NCBI GenBank assembly: GCA_030167865.1
Contig: JALAGF010006221.1
Span: 1 to 38,305, forward strand
Origin: Craspedostauros australis
Taxonomy: Eukaryota
Direction: 5' to 3'
Length of the DNA stretch: 38,305 bases
Positions 1-10,352 of this stretch are shown in pieces. Below the pieces are notes generated by a model. It had not been told where the DNA came from. It was given only the letters and a program-made list of their open reading frames with translations, and ran no database searches. The translations under genes and the position numbers were made by a program. Numbering within the stretch: position 1 is the stretch's first letter; the number at the start of each line of letters is the position of its first letter.

Positions 1-2489
1 GTTGGCATGATGGGATGCATCTGCACTCCTGTGATGAATCCGTTGGCTGTGGGGAAGACTCGGTCGAATACGATCTTCGTTCCGGACCTGTTGATGATGT
101 CCATCAGAATGCCGTTGTTACCAAGCTGGTAACCGTTGTACAGAGCCTTGTTCGTGGAGAAAAGGTTCACCGCCATTTTCGGCGTGTACTTCACATCATC
201 GAGCCGGATGATGTGGCCAGTGTTGTCTTGTTGCTTGACCTTCAAGCAAATGGATCCCATTTTGGGAGAGTCCAGCTTCGTGCTGTCTCCCACTTGGACG
301 AANNNNNNNNNNNNNNNNNNNNNNNNNNNNGCGGCGTCTGAATTGACGATGTGACACGAAGCTCCGCTGTCGGCGAGCCAGGTGTCCTTGTTGACCTTGT
401 CCTTGTACTTGGTGCTCAACTCGTGGAGTTGCTCCACAGCTGCTGCAGCTGTATCATCCATGATGTTGTCTTCGTCTTCTTCGTCGACGTGGACTCCATA
501 TTCGTTCCATGGATTCTCGTGATGCTCATCGTCCGTGTCGTCAGGTAGCTCAGCAAAGTGCGCTGGGACTGTGCTATTACGATGGGCTCTGGTGACCGTG
601 TCATACGGTGTGACGCGTGGTCGCTCGCGCAGGAGCACCTGCATGCATCCTCCGAGCACGTAGTGCAAGTTCAGTTCGGAGAGTTCCTCTTCTTCGTTTG
701 CTTGCAGTAGTCGGTTGAGGATGGCTGCATTTGCGAGGATCTCTTCAATCGATTTGAAATTATCAGATAGGATGGTGCTTACCATGTTCACCCAAATGTA
801 TCGCAATGGTTCGTTCACGAACCCTGGGAACCTCGGTACTGCAGCTGTTAGAACCGCGTCGTAGATGAGCTGCTTCTGCATTCGTTTTGCAGTGACCGTT
901 GGTTCTGGGAAGGTTTGGAGTCGGTAGATGTCGTCGACTCTTCTGGGATTCGGCTCCGGTGGGAATTGGATTCGAATTGGGTAGACGACAGCTTCATAGG
1001 GATTGAACTCATCGTTTGGACGGTTCTCAGCTTCGTCGCTGTCCTCTTCATCGAAGATCCCCGTTCTCTCGTATCTCCCTACTTGAGGAGGTGGCGCCTC
1101 GGCGCGGTTCGCCCCGTCTCTGGTGGTATCGTCTTCGTCTGCGCCGTCCTCGTCGGCATCTTCGTTGTCTTCACTCATGGCCTCTTCGATGTCGCTATCG
1201 ATGGTCTCACTGTCCATCTTGGCTCCGTCGCTGTATGAACCGATCAGGTCATGCGCGTTGAAGCAGCATTCGTAGCTCACTTCGCGTCTTGGATCCACCT
1301 CGTGGATGATTGGCTCCTCGCTGAGCCACTCCGGGACGATCTCATCGTCCTGCACTTCGTTGTCACTCCCAACGCACTCGAAGTTATCGAAGAAGGAGTC
1401 TTCGATGTAGTCATCGGACACCAACATGCAGAGCGGCATGTCCTTTGCCGAGAGTACCATCTCGTGCCCGCTCCTGTCGTGTCCTTCCGTTGCTGTGTTG
1501 GCCTGTTCGTTGGCCTTCTTGTTCTCGTTGAACTTCTTCTTTCGGCACTCCGCCTCGCAGTGTCCGAAGATGCCGCAGTAGTTGCACTTTCCGTTGAAGT
1601 CGCTTCCTTTGTTGCGGTTGTTGTTGCGCTTTCCGTTCATCTTGTTGTTGTTTTTCTTGTTTTTCTTGTTGTTCGATTTCTTGCGTTCTGGGCAATCGGC
1701 GGATCTGTGACCATACACACCACAGTTGTGGCAGGTCCCCTTGAAGTTACCAGTGCTTGTGAAGCCGGTGTTGTTGCTCTTCGTGTTACTGTCTTGGAAG
1801 TCGTCGACGTACGTCTTGCCTCCTCTGTGAGTGGCGTATGCAGTGCGAAGTACTCGTCTGATTGCATTGATGGTGACTACGTCTGGATTGAACATGAGTT
1901 GATGTTGGAAGTTCACGATGTGAGTTCTGTATTCGTTGCTCACCGTGCTGAGGATCTGCATGATCATTTCCTCATCCGTGATCTCGTATTTTACATCGTG
2001 GAGACGCGAGCGTAGACCCTCGAGTCGCGTGATGTAGATATCGGGGTCCGAGTCTCTCTTCATCTTTTCGTTGTTGAATTGGCGCTTGAGTTTGATTTTC
2101 GTCACCGCGTCGGATGGTCGGAACTTCTCCGCGAGAACATTCCACGCTGCGTGTGGATCTCCTTCGGGGTAGTCGTCGGAGATGCATTGGTTGATGTATT
2201 GGATGGCCTGCTTGCCCTTTCCTTTCTCTGCATCCATCATGAGGATCAGATCGCTGAAGCAGTCGCATCCCAGCTCGTAGATCTCCTCCATCGCTTCCTT
2301 GGCTTCACCGGCGGCTGCCGCGATCTCGCTCACTGTTGGGACCTTGGTCTTCCCCAACATCACGTCTCTCGTCTTCTGTGCACGAGCGTATGCTTTCGCT
2401 TGGGACTCCCATGCGCTGTAGTCTTCCTGTTCACCGCTGAACATCGGCGCCTTGATGCGTCGCTTGTTCATGTTGGCTGATGTCGCCAT
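1..2489 (-). CDS. copia gag-pol polyprotein, partial (>=829 aa, no stop in window)
   Basis: ATG at 2489 (MATSANMNKRRIKAPMFSGEQEDYSAWESQ...). Open frame to base 1, in register across the N gap at 303-330. Knuckles CHNCGVYGHRSADC (1692-1733) and CNYCGIFGHCEAEC (1545-1586). Protease D-S-G at 363-371. An upstream in-frame ATG at 2894 is separated by a TGA at 2808-2810. Confidence 0.92.
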   Translation of the reverse strand, partial: MATSANMNKRRIKAPMFSGEQEDYSAWESQAKAYARAQKTRDVMLGKTKVPTVSEIAAAAGEAKEAMEEIYELGCDCFSDLILMMDAEKGKGKQAIQYINQCISDDYPEGDPHAAWNVLAEKFRPSDAVTKIKLKRQFNNEKMKRDSDPDIYITRLEGLRSRLHDVKYEITDEEMIMQILSTVSNEYRTHIVNFQHQLMFNPDVVTINAIRRVLRTAYATHRGGKTYVDDFQDSNTKSNNTGFTSTGNFKGTCHNCGVYGHRSADCPERKKSNNKKNKKNNNKMNGKRNNNRNKGSDFNGKCNYCGIFGHCEAECRKKKFNENKKANEQANTATEGHDRSGHEMVLSAKDMPLCMLVSDDYIEDSFFDNFECVGSDNEVQDDEIVPEWLSEEPIIHEVDPRREVSYECCFNAHDLIGSYSDGAKMDSETIDSDIEEAMSEDNEDADEDGADEDDTTRDGANRAEAPPPQVGRYERTGIFDEEDSDEAENRPNDEFNPYEAVVYPIRIQFPPEPNPRRVDDIYRLQTFPEPTVTAKRMQKQLIYDAVLTAAVPRFPGFVNEPLRYIWVNMVSTILSDNFKSIEEILANAAILNRLLQANEEEELSELNLHYVLGGCMQVLLRERPRVTPYDTVTRAHRNSTVPAHFAELPDDTDDEHHENPWNEYGVHVDEEDEDNIMDDTAAAAVEQLHELSTKYKDKVNKDTWLADSGASCHIVNSDAXXXXXXXXXXFVQVGDSTKLDSPKMGSICLKVKQQDNTGHIIRLDDVKYTPKMAVNLFSTNKALYNGYQLGNNGILMDIINRSGTKIVFDRVFPTANGFITGVQMHPIMP

Positions 2490-2976
2490 GTTGATTCGTT
2501 GTTTTGTTGTTGGTGCGCTCGCGCCCTTGATTTCCGTTTGTTTCTGTGTTGTCGATACTTCGATTTTCGCTTGTTGTTTCGCAAGGATTGATTTGCTCAC
2601 AAATTCTCCTCCTGGTGGTGTCTCACTTTTCCCACTCTGTTTGGCTGTGCAAATGCTCTCCGTCACACCAGTCTCCTCTTGCTTGACCGCCTTGAGAATC
2701 CTCTTCTCCTCGCGATGTAGTCTTGCAGACCGTTCTTCTTTGGTCTCGTCGATCGCGCTTGCGTCTGCGCCTGATAGAACAGTAGTCGCTGCTACTTCCT
2801 TCTCTTGTCATGGTGGAGTCTCACTCGCACCTTCTTGTTTCTTGATAGTTGGTTTGGACAGAGGGATGTCTTTCAATTCCTCTTCCTTGCTCATTCAATC
2901 TGCTGCTCTTGAATGATGTTCGTCTTCCTTGCACCATCCAATCCGCGGGCTTGCCCTGATCTATTGTTTATAAACG

Positions 2977-3683
2977 TGTTGGCAAGTTCTGCTCACGGTA
3001 ACCTACGATCGTGGAAGATGGTGTTGGTTGATAGTCGTCTGTTTGCTATTTCATTACTTGGCTACTCCGATGCTCTTGGTGTACGCCGTTCTCTTGCCCA
3101 ATGCTCTCGGCGCTTCAATCTGTTTTGTAGATTCAGTCTCCGACTATGAGTTGGTACGCGAGATGCTCTCTCGCTCCTCTCTGTATTCTCTATCTCTCTG
3201 TCTTAGCATCATGTATTCGTGCTACACGATACTACACGTTCGATGCGTACTCCGCATTCGACACTCCGTTCGTTCAGTACTGGTTCCTACTCCATGAGTG
3301 CTTACCATTTGAAGTTCACCTTCAGTATCCATGATGCTGATCCTCTTCGGTCATCGGATCTTCGCCTCCTGCTCTGACTTGGAGACAGATGTCAATGTGG
3401 TGACATGATGACATCCTGTCGACGTCAGTAGGCGTCCTTCTGCTCTCCAGATGTCACGTTCCATTGGTGATGCAGTGGTCTGTCAGATGATATCGTCATC
3501 TGAGGTTTAGTTGGGAGGCACCTTAAGATTCACTTGGTACCATATGTTTCCATTGATGCATGGACGGACGATCTTCTGATTCTCCCAGAAATCGTTATTT
3601 GCAAATTTCCTCCAGAAATCTTGCTCGTTTTCGTGTGTTCCATTTCCACTGTAATTCTGACGAATCACAGCATACTATTGACA
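2977..3683 (-). repeat. putative 5' LTR of the copia element (~0.7 kb; boundaries tentative)
   Basis: Minus strand begins TGTCAA (3683) and ends CCAACA (2977), matching TGT...ACA termini, just upstream of gag. The partner LTR is outside the window. An alternative 3' end lies at 3022. Confidence 0.45.
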
Positions 3684-4178
3684 CGAATGTAGTTTTACCG
3701 GCCAGGTACGCATAAGAGAATAGCGGGTGAATGATGCACATATACACGTACATCTCGACATATACTCACATGTACATCTCGACATTGATACATCGCGGTG
3801 ATGGGAATTGGTGACTGGCAAGAACAAGTTCCGGCTCCAGAGAAACGAGCAGATCTCCGCCGCTACCCAACCAATCGCCACCAAAGTTGGAGAGGGCGAT
3901 GAAAAGCCACACGTCATAGTGCTCACGAAAGAAGGGCTCAAACAAATGGAGCGACATGGACTTACTGAGGAGGTTTGCGGCAGAAAAGGAGTTTTGGGGG
4001 CCGCTTCGCGTGGGGCTGACGTACAAAATGCGCCAGCGCCTGAAGCGAAAATGACTCATACCACTAAATACCAATTGTTACCAATGGTTACCAAAAAATT
4101 GGCCTCCGCTCGAGCCGCGGGATATTAGGGAGTCTACGTCTACGTGTAGCAAAGCAAAAGTGCTGAGCAGAACAGCGC

Positions 4179-6422
4179 TCATTCGTTGTTGGTGGAGGTG
4201 CTGGCTGTGTGCTGCGACGATGCATCCAAGGGCATGAGGTATTCAGGAAGCTTGCCATCTTCAAAGCCACGGAAGAGCCGATCGCGTTGCTGTTGCAGAA
4301 CGTGCTTTCGCTTCTGCTCGGACGACGTGTATTTTGGTTTTAGGTCCAGCAGTGCTCTGAGGTCCGAAATGGCAATTGGTTGTCCGAGCGGTATGGGTTT
4401 TCGGACGACGTTGTCGCCCTTCGCGGCGGAGTTGTTTTTGCCGTTGCCGTTGCTATTTGGGTTGCTGGTGCTGTCGCTGTCATTGCCATTTTCTCTCGTT
4501 TTGGTGTTCGTTGTGGTACCAATATTCATGTTTGCGTTGGCGGCAGTGATGGGTGGTAGGCTTGTTGGAACGATGGTGGTGGATGTATCGGACGTGACAG
4601 TGACGACCTTGGTGATGGAGACTGGCGATGGGCCAAGCGATCCCGGCTTGTAGCCTGTGGATCGTTGTGAGTTGAAATCGTCATCGTCTCCGTCACGTCG
4701 ATAGTTTCGATGGTGGCTGTGATCCAAGTTGGAGCGCTTCTGGAGGTCATGATCGTCGGAGGAGTGGCTCTTGCTCTTTTTTGAGTGCTTGTGGTGTTTG
4801 TGCTTCTTGTCTTTCTTGTCCTTCTTGTCCTTATGTTTGTGTTTGTGTTTGAGTTTCTTGTCTTCTCGTTCTTCGTTCCCTGGACGTTGGCTGTCCTTGT
4901 GCCTGTCTTTGTGTTTGCGTTTATGTTTGTGTTTATGGTTGTGCTTGTGCCTGTCTTTGTGTTTACGGTCATGCTTGTGCTTGTGTTTGTGCTTGTGTTT
5001 GTGCTTGTGTTTGTGTTCATGCTTGCGTGATTTGTGGTCATCGTTGTTGCCAACACCTTTGCCAATACCGTCGCCATGATTATCGTCATTGTCATTTTCA
5101 TTGCCATGGTCCATGATTTGATCGTTCTGTTCGTTAGTATCTTTCGCAGCTAGTTTGCCAGGATCAACATCATCTCCATTGTGTTTGTTGTTGTTGCTGC
5201 TGTTGTCGCTGTTGTCGCTGTTGTTGCTGCTGCACGCAAAGTCATCATCCTTGTTTTTGCTGCGCTTACTGTTGGAAGTCTTGCTGGTCTTTCGCTTCCC
5301 GCTTCTGCTGCTCTTCCTGGAGGCGTTGTCATCATTATCGATGTTGATGTTGATGTGTTGCTCCTGGTGTTGTTGTTGTTGTTGCTGTTGTTGTTGCTGG
5401 TGAGGAATGATCCCTTCTACATCTGCTTCCGCTGGTGCTTCTGAGCTACCAATTTCGCTGGTTGGCATCGTTGGATCCTCGTAGACGGGCGTGAGCTTGT
5501 CGTTGTCGTTGTGATCACCATTGTCGTTCGCTTCATGATGTTCTGCATGATGTTCTGCATGATGTTCTGCGTGATGTTCTGCATGATCGCGATGATGCCT
5601 CCGACTTCTGGAGGACTTGTGGCTGCGTTTGGATGATTTCGAGTGCACCGACCTGGAGGATGAAGAACGGCTTGACTTCTTGTGATCTTTCTTTTGATCC
5701 TTGTTGCGGTGTTTTCGGCTCTTTTTGCTTCGCAGATCATCGTCGTCGTTGTTGTCGTTGTTGCCATTGTTGTCAAGACCTGCAACAGTATTGTCATCGG
5801 TGGAGGCAGCAGGAAGACCTTCGCTCTGCTGCTTCATGACAGCAGCCACGACAGCCGCAGCGGCCAGGGCGGCAGCATCACTTCCGTCGCCACCTTCATC
5901 TCCAATGTTGGATGTCTCGGGAGACAGGGACTCCAGATCTCTGTCCTCTTCATCAAGCATCTCGTCAAGGAGTTGCGTGGACTCCGTTCCATCCTTCGAA
6001 AGAGTGGATTCAGGTTTCGCAGGATCACTTGCGGTGTCACTTGCAGGGTCACTTGCAGGATCACTCGCAGGATCGCTTCCATCTTTGTTCCTTCTTCTGC
6101 TTCTGCTGCTGCTTCTTTGGCGATGTGCGTCCTTGTCCTTGTGTCCGTGTTTGTGGTTGTGTTTGTGCCTATGCTTGTGTTTGTCTTCATCATTGCCTCC
6201 TTTTCCACTGCGACTGCGACTTCGGCTGCTCTTGCGTTCATGCTTGTGCTCTCGCTTGTGCTCTTCGTCTCTGCCTCTGTGTTCATGTCTGTGTTCATGG
6301 CTACGTTCATGTCTGTGTTGTTGATCGTCTTGTGGCTGATGCTCCACCTGATGCTCCACCTGATCGCCTCCTTGCTCAAGTAGATCCACGGTCAGAGGCA
6401 TGGCATCAGCCAATTCTGCCAT
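4179..6422 (-). CDS. 747-aa His/Lys/Ser/Asp-rich intrinsically disordered protein, function unknown
   Basis: Single long ATG-to-TGA ORF with (HK)n runs, HHAE and SDPA tandem repeats, poly-Q and a short non-repetitive C-terminal segment (KPIPLGQPIAISDLRALLDLKPKY...RLFRGFEDGKLPEYLMPL). No signal peptide. Confidence 0.8.
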   Translation of the reverse strand: MAELADAMPLTVDLLEQGGDQVEHQVEHQPQDDQQHRHERSHEHRHEHRGRDEEHKREHKHERKSSRSRSRSGKGGNDEDKHKHRHKHNHKHGHKDKDAHRQRSSSRSRRRNKDGSDPASDPASDPASDTASDPAKPESTLSKDGTESTQLLDEMLDEEDRDLESLSPETSNIGDEGGDGSDAAALAAAAVVAAVMKQQSEGLPAASTDDNTVAGLDNNGNNDNNDDDDLRSKKSRKHRNKDQKKDHKKSSRSSSSRSVHSKSSKRSHKSSRSRRHHRDHAEHHAEHHAEHHAEHHEANDNGDHNDNDKLTPVYEDPTMPTSEIGSSEAPAEADVEGIIPHQQQQQQQQQQHQEQHININIDNDDNASRKSSRSGKRKTSKTSNSKRSKNKDDDFACSSNNSDNSDNSSNNNKHNGDDVDPGKLAAKDTNEQNDQIMDHGNENDNDDNHGDGIGKGVGNNDDHKSRKHEHKHKHKHKHKHKHKHDRKHKDRHKHNHKHKHKRKHKDRHKDSQRPGNEEREDKKLKHKHKHKDKKDKKDKKHKHHKHSKKSKSHSSDDHDLQKRSNLDHSHHRNYRRDGDDDDFNSQRSTGYKPGSLGPSPVSITKVVTVTSDTSTTIVPTSLPPITAANANMNIGTTTNTKTRENGNDSDSTSNPNSNGNGKNNSAAKGDNVVRKPIPLGQPIAISDLRALLDLKPKYTSSEQKRKHVLQQQRDRLFRGFEDGKLPEYLMPLDASSQHTASTSTNNE

Positions 6423-8056
6423 GATGTGTTAGCGTGTTGGTGTTGTTGTGTTGGCGTTGGTGTGTTGGTGTTGAGCTATAATACGTTCTCTCCACCTCTC
6501 TCCACCTCTGTCAGCCTCTGTCAGCCTCTGTCAGCCTCTCTGCCTGTCCAGAGATCCTCGCCAATCCCCACTGATGCCGTCCGCAAGTGTTTTCGCGCCA
6601 ACAGTGTGTTTGCTTCTGGATTGTTGGCTTGGTGAGTCGCTATTGGCCTGTTGCCATGTCGGCTTGCTGGATGTTGCTCGTTCCTTCTTGCCGTCTTTCC
6701 TCGCACCGTCCATGCATCTCCGACTGCAGTCACACAACCGATTGTACAACCTACTGGTGGAGAGGAGAATGTAGCAAGCGTATGGTAGAGTCAGCGTAGC
6801 GTATCCAGACGAGTATTGGTGTGGTGTGGTGTGATGCCTTGCACGACCATGTGTGGTATGTTCAAGTCCGTTGTGGAGCAAGCAACACGATCACAGCACA
6901 ACCAATCGCCCACAGCAACAAAAGAGAAAACGTCGACAGCAAAACAAAAGCGGACCAACAAAAACGCCCACTGCCTTCCTGCACGTCCCAAGTCCAAGAA
7001 CGTCGTTTCGCCAAGGCAGTTGTGTCGCACTCCACACAATCCAGCCCAGCGCGATCCAATGGGCTGTTTACACATAAGCCTAGTCTTGTGTCACATGACA
7101 TAAGTATCCCAATTGATAAACATAACGGTTGGCCGTTCGACCGAAAACTTTGGCGACACGCTCCGTGATCGACTGAGTCAAGATCCGTACCGATTTTTCT
7201 TCTTAGTCCAGTTGATCATTTCGGTCGGTTCATGAATGGACTGGATCGAACACTATCAGATCACGGATGACCCACAACATCTCGTGTCGCAAGACAGCGC
7301 AACAGAGAACCACCTTCGCGGCGCGATGGATCCAACGGAAGTGTCGGAGGGAGAGAACGGCGCCATTCGTTCCCGTCTTGCGTCTCGTCGGCTGTGTGTC
7401 CAAGCCAGAAGGTCTCTCCTCTCTCCGACACAGCCTGAACGAGACCAAGAACAACACCAAGAGCAACGACAATACCAATAGCGATAGCAACAGCGACAGC
7501 GCAATCACAACCATAAGATCCAGTTGGAGACAAGCCATTGGAATCAATCGACAAGCGACCAGGTACGGATCCATGGGAGCTCAGCGCCAATGTGCCCAAC
7601 AGTGGCATGCGAGAGCTTGCTGCTTCGCGCGGATGTACGAGGAGTAGCATGCAGAGATCAGAGTAGAGCAGATGAGAGTAGAGTGTTGTATTGGTACACA
7701 CATACATGCATGTTCGATGTACAATACATGTTTGATATATTGCACATGCTCCACATGCATGCACGATACAAGTCTGATGGTTGGAATGCAATGCAGCAAG
7801 GCGCACTTGCGTGATGGTTGGATCTTTTGCGAGGCCGCGCGATCTCTCTTCCGAATTCCTCAGGCGAATGCATTCTCCAAATCCATCTCTTCTTGCTCCT
7901 GTGCTGCCTTGCTTCACTATCTGCAGCTGCCACTCTTGTACTTCCACACTCATACTTGTGCTGCCAGTGGTACCACATCAACTCACACCAGCCCTCTGAT
8001 TGCCATCCCATCGCCATTACCGACCACGCCACCGACAACGACGAATCCAAGAACAG

Positions 8057-9554
8057 ATGACGAACGCTGCCACAGTGTTGTCCAAGGCCGCGAAGGTGGC
8101 GACGGCCCCACCAACGGCCGCACCCGCATCGGGGTCGACCATGAACCACGCCGCCATCGTCTCCTGGATCGCGCTGGCGCTCATGGTCCCGGCCCTCATC
8201 CTGGCGGAGAAGCACGTCAATCGTACCTCCCGCGGTCGCGTTGTCAAGTACCACGGCATCTACTGGGGAGTTGCGTTGGCCATCATCATCCTCTTCCCGC
8301 ACTCCATCACCCACGAGCTCTTCTCACCGCTCACGGTCACCATCATCGGCAGCGTCTTCCCCATCTACGAATCCATCCGGGCCATCTGCACGCCGCAGGG
8401 GGATGACGACAAGTCATGGGTGCAGTACTGGATCGCCCAGGGCATCATCACCTACTCCACCGAGTGGGTGGACGATGTGGCGGAGAGATCGGAGGGCGTC
8501 CGCACCTACTTCTACATGTTCGAGTTCTTCTTCCTCGTATGGCTCATGCTCCCATGGACCGACGGAGCCTGCCTCCTCTACGATTACATCACCAAACCCC
8601 TCTGTCAGGGATGGGTTGATGACGCTGCGCGCAAGATGAACAAAGTCCTGTCCAGCATCGTCAACGCCATGATCTCGGCGGCGCATCTGTGGATCCTGTG
8701 GGCCCTCTTCCTATTCTTCCCGCCGGAGCTCAAGCGCTTCGTCACGGTCAGCGTCGGTGTCGTCTATCCCCTCTTCGCCTCCATCGTCGCCGTCTCCACG
8801 GAAGATACCTACGACGATGACACTTTCTGGTCAGTTGCATACAACTACATACGAGCACATATGGGCACACTCACTTGTCGCGCTCGGGATCCACCATTTT
8901 GCGTCACCGTTGCTGTCACTGGATCCGTTGGGATTGCTTTCTTTCGTTTGTCCTTCCAATGTCGTCAATGCCATCAATACCATTGTTCCACGCTGCCCGA
9001 CCGATCAACACCCTCACACAAGTCTTCTCCGTTTCTCGCACGTACACCCACACATGCATATTCACATGCACAACCAATGCAACAACAGGCTCACGTACTG
9101 GAGCTGCTACGGATGCCTCTACCTCATCATGTGCTTCCTTGAGACATGGTTGGGACGCATCCCAGGATTCTACAGCATCGTCATCTTCGGCTCCGTCTAC
9201 CTCATGGTCCCCGTCTTCCGCGGCGCCGAGAAGGTCTTCCGCAACATCCTCGTGCCCCTCACTGGCATGCAGGAGATGCTCCTCCTCCGCGACGCCCTCA
9301 TCATCAAGAAGGAGGTCATGGCGCAGGTGCCCAAGGGCAGGCGCCGCCAGGTCCGCAAGATCATCGCGGAGTCATTCTCGGGGCAGAAGAACAAGCAGCA
9401 CATCCCAGGCATGGACGACGATGACATCGAGAGTGACGACGAGCAGGACCCCCTCATCCAGTACGGCATGTACGGTGCCACGGGGACCAACAGCAACGCC
9501 ACCACTCTCAAGGGTGGCAAGAAGCAGGACAGCGAGCGGCCGGGCATCGTCTAG
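8057..9554 (+). CDS. TB2/DP1/HVA22 (REEP/Yop1-like) membrane protein with two tandem domains; exons 8057-8829 and 9089-9554 (~412 aa)
   Basis: Domain 1: FPIYESIRAI..DDDKSWVQYW..FFLVWLMLPWTDGACLLYD. Domain 2: YPLFASIVAV..DDDTFW|LTYW..YLMVPVFRGAEKVF. Intron 8830-9088 (GTCAGT...AACAG) restores the family motif DDDTxWLTYW. The 5' end is uncertain because the ATG follows an acceptor-like AACAG. Confidence 0.88.
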
Positions 9555-10352
9555 AGAGAGAGAGAGAAAGACATGGCCATCTCCTATGCAAGTGCTCCGC
9601 CATGCGTGACTACCATTCTGCGTATTTGTATTATTCTATTATATATTATAGTAATACATTTCTTTCTGTCTTGATAATCGTAAGGCTACACTTGGACGTG
9701 GAGTAAAGTGAAGTGAAGCATAGCGGAGCAGAGTATTCCGGATCCATCTCTGCGAGTGCACGACCACCATCCAATGCCCATCGGCAGTCTACGGTATCCA
9801 CGCAAAAAATATGGACTCCAAGATCCACGACCCTCGCGCGTTGGCTTCCCACGCTCTCCGTCAAAACTTAGGTTCGCCGAGCACGGATGACAACGCCGAA
9901 CCGTTAACTAGCAGTTAGCAGGATGACAAACTGATCGCCACTTTTCTCATTGTCCACAAATCGTCCATCCTGGATTCATCACTCCTTCTCTCGTCACCGT
10001 GACGACAACCTCAACAACGTCAACGTTGCCAATCGCAATCACCATCGCAACCAGAGATGAACAGAGTAGTGCAGAGTGCTGCATCGTTGTAGTCTACACT
10101 ACTCTACAAGGGCACTGAATGCATCAGAGGCGCAATCCCTTTCATCGAACCATCCTCACACGAGTTGGGAGCTACATCGCTTCGCATCTTCGGAGCACAA
10201 CAGGAAGAAGAAAGAGAGCGGGCGACGGGGAATGAACTGAGGGGACGATGAGGGAAGGGGAATTTGACAAAGAGCAGAGCAAGGCACAACAGAGAAAGCG
10301 AACGCTTGAGATGAGAGCACCAAGTCATCCAGCCATCAACATCATCAGCGCG

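Larger units (their letters stand above)
1..3683 (-). mobile_element. Ty1/copia LTR retrotransposon, 5' portion (putative 5' LTR, leader, gag, protease); continues beyond the left edge
   Basis: Manual minus-strand translation gives copia gag motifs (PMFSG..EDYSAWE; AAWNVLAEKF; ITDEEMIMQILSTVSNEY), two CCHC knuckles and a copia aspartic protease (WLADSGASCH ... VKYTPKMAVNLFS). The 3683 boundary is inferred from a TGTCAA start on the minus strand. Confidence 0.9.

Noticed and set aside
915..2916. Plus-strand ORFs of 107-254 aa over the retroelement
   Set aside because: Antisense shadows of the minus-strand gag-pol frame, which carries all the recognisable motifs.
4179..6422. Silaffin or other biosilica protein interpretation of the Lys/Ser/His-rich ORF
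   Set aside because: No N-terminal signal peptide, and the composition fits a nuclear disordered protein better.
4771..6424. Cys-Leu and Val-Phe repeat ORFs that look like metallothioneins or membrane proteins
   Set aside because: Antisense translations of the (HK)n codon repeats in the 747-aa gene.
8830..9142. ORF-track read-through tails of the HVA22, trypsin and ABC1 first exons
   Set aside because: These are intron translations; splicing at GT-AG sites restores the conserved motifs (WLTYW, TAAHC, DPHPGN).
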